Assembly: GCA_963840175.1 (NCBI GenBank)
Contig: CAWIXU010000009.1
Span: 3,372-67,371 of the forward strand
Source of the DNA: an uncultured Acidimicrobiia bacterium
Lineage (GTDB): Bacteria > Actinomycetota > Acidimicrobiia > Spongiisociales > ZC4RG35
DNA length: 64,000 bases
Reading direction: 5' to 3'
Both the position numbers and the translations under genes were made by a program. The notes under the pieces are model-generated. The model had not been told where the DNA came from, did no database searches, and saw only the letters and a program-made list of their open reading frames with translations. Shown here one piece after another: positions 58,340-64,000 of this stretch; position 1 is the first letter of the stretch; every line of letters begins with the position of its first letter.

Positions 58340-59246
58340 GTGCCCGAACTGCCCGACATCGTTGTCTATCTCGAAGCCTTGGAGCGTCGAGTCCTCGGCC
58401 ACAAACTCGAGAAGCTTCGCCTGGCTTCACCCGCGGTGCTTCGCACCTTTCAACCGCCCGTTCGATGCGCCCGAGGGAAAGACCGTTGTCGGGCTCCGTC
58501 GCATCGGCAAACGCCTCGTGCTCGATTTCGATGACGATCTTTTCGTGGTCATCCATCTGATGATCGCCGGTCGTTTGCAATGGAAAGAGGGGAGGGCCGC
58601 TATTCCCAAGAAGGTGGGCCTGGCCGGGTTCGAGTTCGACAACGGAACCCTGATTCTCACCGAGCAGGGAACGAAGCGTCGCGCAGGGATCTGGGTCATC
58701 TCCGGCGAGGAGGATCTGGCGGCCGAGAATCGGGGAGGTGTCGAACCGCTCGAGGCAAGCGAAGACGAGTTCGCTGCGGCGATTACCTCCGAGAATCGAA
58801 CGCTGAAACGGGTGCTGACCGATCCGAGGTTGTTCTCGGGGATCGGAAACTCGTACTCGGATGAGATCCTCTGGGCGGCTCAGCTTTCCCCGGTGACCCG
58901 CACCCGACAGCTCACCTCGGAACAGATCGAGCGTTTGCACGAGGCGACCGTATCCCAGCTCGATTATTGGACCGATGTGCAAAGGCGGAGCGTCGGAGAT
59001 GGATGGCCAACCAAAGTCACTGCCTTTCGCCCCGAGATGGCCGTCCACGGAAAGTTTGGTGAGCCTTGCCCGCGTTGTGGCACCAAAGTGCAACGAATCG
59101 TCTACGCCTCCAACGAGACCAACTATTGCCCGACCTGTCAAACCGGTGGAAAGTTGCTCGCCGATCGATCGCTCTCGCGCCTTCTCAAGGAAGACTGGCC
59201 GCGGAGCCTGGAGGAACTAGAGGAGATGAAGCGCCCCAAAATCTAA
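58340..59246 (+). CDS. Fpg/Nei-family DNA glycosylase/AP lyase (one early frame change)
   Basis: GTG 58340 gives the required Met-Pro start (M)PELPDIVVYLEAL. RRIGKRLVLDF, H2TH LTDPRLFSGIGNSYSDEILWAAQLSP, and the C-terminal zinc finger CPRCGTKVQRIVYASNETNYCPTCQTGG. Confidence 0.85.
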
Positions 59247-59251
59247 GGCAA

Positions 59252-59737
59252 TTAGGTCCAGAAGAGGACCGTGACGAGCCAGATCCCCGCGACCAGCAGC
59301 GCCGCGGTGAGTTCGATCAAGATCGAAAGGCCGGTGGCCTTCATCGCCGATTTGGTCGATGGCCAGGCTCGCTGATGTTGGCCGAGTCGCTGCCGTTCCG
59401 ATAGGTAGACCCCGAGAGGGAATCCAATAAAGAGCCCTATCACCGGGATGACGAAGAAACCGACGATTGCCGCGAGCCCGCCGATGAGGAGAGAGCGTTT
59501 GGGGACGCCCGCCTCCCGAAGCCGGCGACCGGGCAGAATGTATTTGCCGGTTTCGCCCGCAATGAGCAGGACCGTGGCGATGCCTACCACGACCCACGCC
59601 GCTGCTCCGCCCTCGACGAGCGCCCACACCAGCACGGCTCCATAGACGAGGATCAGACCGGGCACCGCCGCGACCACGACGCCGACTAGCCCGGCGGCGA
59701 TCACCAGACCCACGACGATGAGCCCGGGCGTGTCCAT
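59252..59737 (-). CDS. DUF456-family membrane protein
   Basis: Intact 161-aa ORF with four hydrophobic helices: IVVGLVIAAGLVGVVVAAVPGLILVYGAVLVWAL..., IGGLAAIVGFFVIPVIGLFIGFPLGVYL, LSILIELTAALLVAGIWLVTVLF. Confidence 0.7.
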   Translation of the reverse strand: MDTPGLIVVGLVIAAGLVGVVVAAVPGLILVYGAVLVWALVEGGAAAWVVVGIATVLLIAGETGKYILPGRRLREAGVPKRSLLIGGLAAIVGFFVIPVIGLFIGFPLGVYLSERQRLGQHQRAWPSTKSAMKATGLSILIELTAALLVAGIWLVTVLFWT

Positions 59738-59773
59738 CGGCGAACCTTATGTCCCTGCTTGCTCGGGGTTGTG

Positions 59774-59789
59774 TCGAACAGGTGTTCGA
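59774..59789 (+). promoter_or_regulatory. LexA operator (actinobacterial SOS box) on the imuA' promoter
   Basis: TCGAAC-AGGT-GTTCGA is a perfect palindromic match to the TCGAAC-N4-GTTCGA consensus. It is followed at once by a TANNNT-type -10 (TAAACT, 59791-59796) and ATG at 59800/59806. Confidence 0.8.
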
Positions 59790-59799
59790 CTAAACTGTC

Positions 59800-60358
59800 A
59801 TGTTCATGCTGGCGGAACATGCGGTCGGACAGCTTCCCTCGTTGGCTCTTATGCCGGGAAAGATCGTCGGGTTGGAGGGGCCGGCTGGTTGGGGTTTGAC
59901 CCGGGTGGGCCTGACGCTCCTCGCCGCTCCCTCCCAAGTCGGAACGGTGGTGATGATCGATGCTCGCGGAGGGTGGCTGTCGCCGCTGGCAGCCTGGGAG
60001 GTAGGGGTGAAACCCGGACGGCTGGTGGTGGTTCGTTGTGGCGACCGCAGACTTTGGGCCCGGGTGACTGCTGCGATCCTCGAGGGAGTAGCCGCGGTTT
60101 ATGCCGAAGTACCTCATGGGGTGGGGGAGAACGAGTTGCGACGATTGGCCGCGCTCACCCGGGCGCGCAAGGCCGGGCTCGCGTCTGCGACCGTTGCGTG
60201 GTCAATTGCCCGCGGGCATCACCCATCTCCGGATCAATGGAGCGGGAGTGAGTTGGGAAGGAGTCGACCATGGTCATGGTCGTCTGCGCGAACGTCGTCT
60301 GGCGTTGGAGGTGAGCGGCAAGTCGATGCCCTGGCAGACGTTTGAAATCGGTGCCTAG
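59800..60358 (+). CDS. imuA': ImuA'-like (RecA-fold, non-catalytic) SOS mutasome component (one frame change near 60180)
   Basis: GKIVGLEGPAGWGLTRVGLTLLAAPSQVGTVVMIDARGGWLSPLAAWEVGVKPGRLVVVRCGD...AAILEGVAAVYAEVP is a degenerate RecA/SulA-like core. The call rests on the SOS box upstream and the imuB GTG directly abutting the stop. Confidence 0.7.
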
Positions 60359-61846
60359 GTGCGCACCATTTGTGTTTGGTTTCCGGAATGGCCGCTCATG
60401 GTGTTGGGAGGGAGCGGCCCCGGGTTTGTCTATGAAGAAGGACAAGCCGCGGGGGGAGAGGCGCAACGGGTGGCTGCGGCCAACTCGGAAGCCTCGGCAC
60501 TCGGGGTGACAACGGGAATGGGAAGGAGAGCCGCCGAAGCTTTGTGTCCGATCGCGGAAAGTAAACCGCGTGACCTCGGTGCCGAAACCCGGCTCTTCGA
60601 GCCGATGCTGATAGAGCTGGAAGCACTGATCCCGCGCGTTGAGGTGGTCGAACCAGGTTTGGTGCTCATCGCAGTGGAAGGAGCCATTCGCTACTACGGG
60701 GGCGAGGACGTGCTGGTAGCCAAGGTCCAAACACTGGTCGGCTCCCAGGCGCGGGTCGGTCTGGCGAGCGGTCCTTTTGCCGCACGTTGGGCAGCGATCA
60801 CCGCGACCAAGGGCGCGCAGGTGATCGACGATGACATGGGTTTTCTCGCCTCCCTCGACATCGCTGCGGTAGGACGAGAAGAGATGATCGACACTTTCCG
60901 CTGGTTAGGTCTCACCACGCTCGGGGCTTTGGCCAACCTGCCCCGCGCCGCAGTCGCTTCTCGTTTCGGAGACGAAGGTCTTTGGGCGCACCGCCTCGCC
61001 AGCGGAGAGGATCGTTCCGTCAGCCCCCGGACCATTCCTCCGCATTTGGCTGTCGAAGCCCACTACGACGATCCGCTCGAAACTCTCGATCAGGTCGCCT
61101 TTTCCGCCCGCGCCCTCTCCGCTCGACTGATGAACGGCTTGCGCAAAGAAGGCCTGGCTCCATATCGAGTGGAGATCGAAGCTGAGTCGGCTCGGGGCAA
61201 GATTCGCAGCCGGGTTTGGCGGTCAGCCGATCCTTTCTTGGAATCGACGCTGACCGATCGCGTCTGGTGGCAGTTGCGGGCTTGGATCGACCAGGAAGGG
61301 GTGGAGGGAGGCCTCCACCGGCTGCGTCTCGATCCTTCCGACCTTTCCGGTGCGGGCCGGCAACTGGCTTTGCTCGAAGCAGTCGGCGATGGTTGGGAGG
61401 GATATGACTCCACCCGTCCGGAAGCCGAGCGCGCTCTCGCCCGCGCTCAAGCCTTGGTCGGGCCTGACGCGGTGCTCCAGGCCGGGCGGCAAGGGGGACG
61501 GATGCCCGCTGAACAGGTCCGTTGGTTTCGGCTTGGTGAGGATCCCGGACCACCCGAGCGCGATCTCGAAGCTCCCTGGCCGGGAGCAACGCCCGGTCCC
61601 GCTCCCAGCCTGGTGCCGCCGCAGCTGACCGCGATCGACATCGAATGGGACGACGGTTTGCCCACGCGGATCCGTCTCGGTTCGCGCTGGGAGCCGGTGC
61701 TCAACTGGGCCGGCCCCTGGCGTGTGCTCGGTCGATGGTGGCGGGGAGAAGGTGGGGGCGATCGATACCAAATCGTGACTTCCGCCGGTGCGTTTCTCAT
61801 CGTCACAGAAGGAACTAGAAGCTTTCTGGCTGGAATCTACGATTGA
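60359..61846 (+). CDS. imuB: ImuB (Y-family polymerase-like, catalytically inactive adaptor)
   Basis: Intact 495-aa ORF: MRTICVWFPEWPL..., EALIPRVEVVEPGLVLIAVEGAIRYYGGE, FRWLGLTTLGALANLPRAAVASRFGDEGLWAHRLASGED. It has a Y-family fold layout without the usual catalytic DxD/SIDE acidic signature near the N-terminus, and a long C-terminal extension. Confidence 0.8.
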   Translation: MRTICVWFPEWPLMVLGGSGPGFVYEEGQAAGGEAQRVAAANSEASALGVTTGMGRRAAEALCPIAESKPRDLGAETRLFEPMLIELEALIPRVEVVEPGLVLIAVEGAIRYYGGEDVLVAKVQTLVGSQARVGLASGPFAARWAAITATKGAQVIDDDMGFLASLDIAAVGREEMIDTFRWLGLTTLGALANLPRAAVASRFGDEGLWAHRLASGEDRSVSPRTIPPHLAVEAHYDDPLETLDQVAFSARALSARLMNGLRKEGLAPYRVEIEAESARGKIRSRVWRSADPFLESTLTDRVWWQLRAWIDQEGVEGGLHRLRLDPSDLSGAGRQLALLEAVGDGWEGYDSTRPEAERALARAQALVGPDAVLQAGRQGGRMPAEQVRWFRLGEDPGPPERDLEAPWPGATPGPAPSLVPPQLTAIDIEWDDGLPTRIRLGSRWEPVLNWAGPWRVLGRWWRGEGGGDRYQIVTSAGAFLIVTEGTRSFLAGIYD

Positions 61847-61930
61847 GATATTGAGACGGTCGCGCACGATGCTGCTCGTTGTCGTTTCTCGCATCGACGG
61901 CGACTCGGAAACGTTCACCGATTCGACTGA

Positions 61931-62662
61931 CTAAACGCCGACTCGCCTAATGCCCGATTCAATCGATTGGCGGGCCTGTTCGGCGAGACGGCCGGTGTCA
62001 TCCCGGTTCAGGCCGACGGTCTCGATCGGTGGATGGATCTCGGCCTTGAGCTCTCCTCCCCGAACCCACATCCTCCCCGGACGCCAGGCCTCATAGGTCC
62101 CGATGATCGTCATCGGCAGCACCGGAATCCCGCCGGCGATAGCCATCGTGAAGGCACCCTTCTTGAACGGTCGCAGGGTCCCGTCGCGACTTCGGGTTCC
62201 TTCGGGATAGATGATGAGCGACCGGCCTGACGCCACGAGCTCTTTGGCCTGGCGATTGACCTTTTCGTGGATCGCCGAACGCGCCGCCCGATCGACTTCG
62301 ACGATCCCGTACGACCGCATCGCGGGGGCGAGGATCGGAACCGAGAACAACTCCTTCTTAGCCAGGAACCGAATCGGTAGCGGCACGGCCAGGAAACAAA
62401 CCATGATGTCGAGCACCGAGAGGTGGTTGGCAACCACGATATGGCTTCGACTGCGATCAACGTGTTCGACGCCGGTGATTTCGAGCGAGCAGCCGGCGGC
62501 CCACAACCAGGACCGGCTCCAAGCCCGGGCACACGCCTCGATCAGGGGCGTCTTTGGCCGAAACCGGGCCAGCACCATCACCACTGGAGCGAAAAAGAGG
62601 GTGACGCCCACTCCCACCACCACCGTCATTACGGTGCGCAAAGGAGCGAGCAGGCTTCGCAT
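61931..62662 (-). CDS. plsC: 1-acyl-sn-glycerol-3-phosphate acyltransferase
   Basis: MRSLLAPLRTVMTVVVGVGVTLFF (TM), HIVVANHLSVLDIMV (HX4D), FLAKKELF, LIIYPEGTRSRDGTL, GIPVLPMTIIG. I use ATG 62662 rather than the ORF-track 62761. Confidence 0.85.
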   Translation of the reverse strand: MRSLLAPLRTVMTVVVGVGVTLFFAPVVMVLARFRPKTPLIEACARAWSRSWLWAAGCSLEITGVEHVDRSRSHIVVANHLSVLDIMVCFLAVPLPIRFLAKKELFSVPILAPAMRSYGIVEVDRAARSAIHEKVNRQAKELVASGRSLIIYPEGTRSRDGTLRPFKKGAFTMAIAGGIPVLPMTIIGTYEAWRPGRMWVRGGELKAEIHPPIETVGLNRDDTGRLAEQARQSIESGIRRVGV

Positions 62663-62685
62663 GGAGCCGACGTTAGGGCGGTAGC

Positions 62686-63238
62686 GTGAAACGAGTGGAG
62701 TCCAAGGCGGAGCTGAGAACCTGGGCGAAGACGTTGGATCCGGCGACCAGAGACGAATCAAGGGCGGTGGCCGAACATGTTTCCACTTTCATTGCCGCGA
62801 ATCGCTGGCGCAGAACTCTCACGTTCCTGGCGATGCCCGGGGAGGTCGACCTCGCCACCATCAGAGGTGACCTCGAGTTGGCAGTCACCAGGACACCTGC
62901 GCGAGGCCCGCTCACCATTCACCGACTCGATGACGACTTAGAGACACATTCCTTCGGATACCGACAACCTCGAGAAGGAGCCGAACGAGTCAACCCGGAA
63001 GAGATTGAATGCGTTCTGGTCCCTGGCGTGCTCTTTGCTCGCCGACGGATCACGGCTCGGTCACGGCCGCGGCTACTACGACACCCTCCTCCACAGTCTC
63101 ACCCATCGGCCGTTCTTCCTCGGCGTCACCCTCGCTCGGCGGGTGATCGCGGAGCTTCCGATGACGGACACCGACGTCTACATGGACGCGATCGCGACCG
63201 AGAACGGAGTCACGCTGACCAGCTCGTCGACCCGGTGA
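62686..63238 (+). CDS. 5-formyltetrahydrofolate cyclo-ligase (one frame change near 63020)
   Basis: KAELRTWAKTL..., TLTFLAMPGEVDL, FGYRQPREG, ECVLVPG, then SRLGHGRGYYDTLL...[16 protein letters not shown]. Confidence 0.8.
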
Positions 63239-63613
63239 CTTCGATTGAGATCACCGGGCCGGCCAACTCGATCGATTCGTATTGTGGATATCGAGCGCGT
63301 AGGCTGTCAGCGCCTGCTCGTCAGTCGCCAAAACAGCTGCTCGACCGTCGATGCGCACCCACCACAGCCTGGTCCAGTCCTCGTCGTAGTGATGGACAAG
63401 AAGGCTCACCAACGGATTGGATTGGATATTGGCCATCCGGCGGAGTCGGGCGGTGGTCTTGGCCTTCCCGTCGACCGCCGTGACAATCCGGCCCTCGCTC
63501 AGGGCGAATACCACGGGGACGAGATGTGGACTGCCGTCGGGATTGACAGTGGCCAGTATGGCTACCCGAGCGCTGTCTAGTTTCTCCGGGTCGATTCCGT
63601 TTGGGACCTGCAT
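63210..63613 (-). CDS. PPOX-class (pyridoxamine 5'-phosphate oxidase-like) probable F420-dependent protein (one frame change near 63290)
   Basis: [81 protein letters not shown]. The tail was read by hand: [21 protein letters not shown]...-stop (complement of 63210-63212). Confidence 0.7.
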
Positions 63614-63673
63614 GGACTCTTGCCCAAATAGGCTAAAAGGCCTAGCCTCAAAGGCAGGAAGGGAGGTGGGGGA

Positions 63674-63985
63674 TTGTCGATTTTTGGTGGGCAGCTAAAT
63701 CGCCAGGACGAAGCCCCGATCAGAGGCACCGTCCAGATCGAGGACGGTCGGGTTCGTATCTGGACCGACCGTCGTCGCCTCGTCTCGTGGGATCAAGCCC
63801 AGGTCCGTTGCGAACGAAGCAGCCCCTTCCGCTTCGATCTCACCGACGGTGAGGCCACCTACGAGTTCCATCCCGCCGACCCGGCCGCCTTCTCCGAGGC
63901 GATCGGCGCCGTGGTCGATCTCAGGGCCCCGAAGAGCCGCTTCGGTCTCGCCGATCGGATCCGACAGGCGAAAATCCCTGAGTAA
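63674..63985 (+). CDS. hypothetical small protein
   Basis: SD GGGAGGTGGGGG lies upstream of TTG 63674. This is a 103-aa ORF that resembles the N-domain of the 46455 gene (see findings). No recognisable family. Confidence 0.45.
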   Translation: MSIFGGQLNRQDEAPIRGTVQIEDGRVRIWTDRRRLVSWDQAQVRCERSSPFRFDLTDGEATYEFHPADPAAFSEAIGAVVDLRAPKSRFGLADRIRQAKIPE

Positions 63986-64000
63986 AGGCCCGGGAAAGAG

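Noticed and set aside
61842-61857. An 8-bp tandem ATTGAGAT/ATTGAGAC at the imuB stop as another gene-end duplication
   Set aside because: Adjacent 8-mers matching 7 of 8 are expected by chance many times in 64 kb. This is not distinguishable from noise.

Overview
This is a high-GC (about 65% by eye) chromosomal core segment that looks actinobacterial. The evidence is a TCGAAC-N4-GTTCGA LexA box, imuA'-imuB, F420/DinB-type enzymes, and a whiG/fliA-type sigma factor next to rpsB.

Gene order is classic housekeeping synteny:
- ppc | ffh-rpsP-KH-rimM
- an inserted block
- trmD-rplS-lepB-yraN
- a second small insert
- comM-dprA-xerC-sigma | rpsB-tsf-pyrH-frr-cdsA-dxr-rseP-ispG-proS | fdhD | serC
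- rimP-nusA-infB-rbfA-nrnA-truB-ribF-rpsO-pnp | ettA | hppA
- a run of metabolic genes (amidohydrolase, DinB, LLM/F420, VOC, fumarylacetoacetase, crotonases, MFS)
- fpg | LexA box-imuA'-imuB | plsC, 5-formyl-THF cyclo-ligase, PPOX

I could not support any rRNA, tRNA, CRISPR array, transposase or prophage gene.

The dominant technical feature is that roughly two thirds of the genes, including indispensable ones, can only be read by hopping between frames. The two junctions I resolved by hand sit in homopolymer runs, so I treat these as sequence or assembly indels and call the genes CDS, not pseudogenes. Their coordinates are hand reconstructions and approximate.

The most accessory-looking content is a block of about 7.9 kb (6436-14287) that splits rimM from trmD. 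It carries a lipoprotein, a thiolase, a HisKA_3/NarL two-component system, a His-rich NicO/RcnA-like metal permease, a 40-45% GC promoter island with a 19-bp palindrome, and a tightly coupled RHH-protein plus DUF4097 pair. That pair is my best candidate for an uncharacterised system, but the support is contextual only.

Other points worth a second look:
- a perfect SOS box on imuA'-imuB
- 16-bp tandem repeats sitting on gene ends
- an 18-bp duplication at the rpsB/tsf boundary
- an odd truB-ribF junction
- a DRG-rich tail on PNPase
- an unknown gene translationally coupled to fumarylacetoacetase

No clearly novel system can be claimed from the sequence alone.
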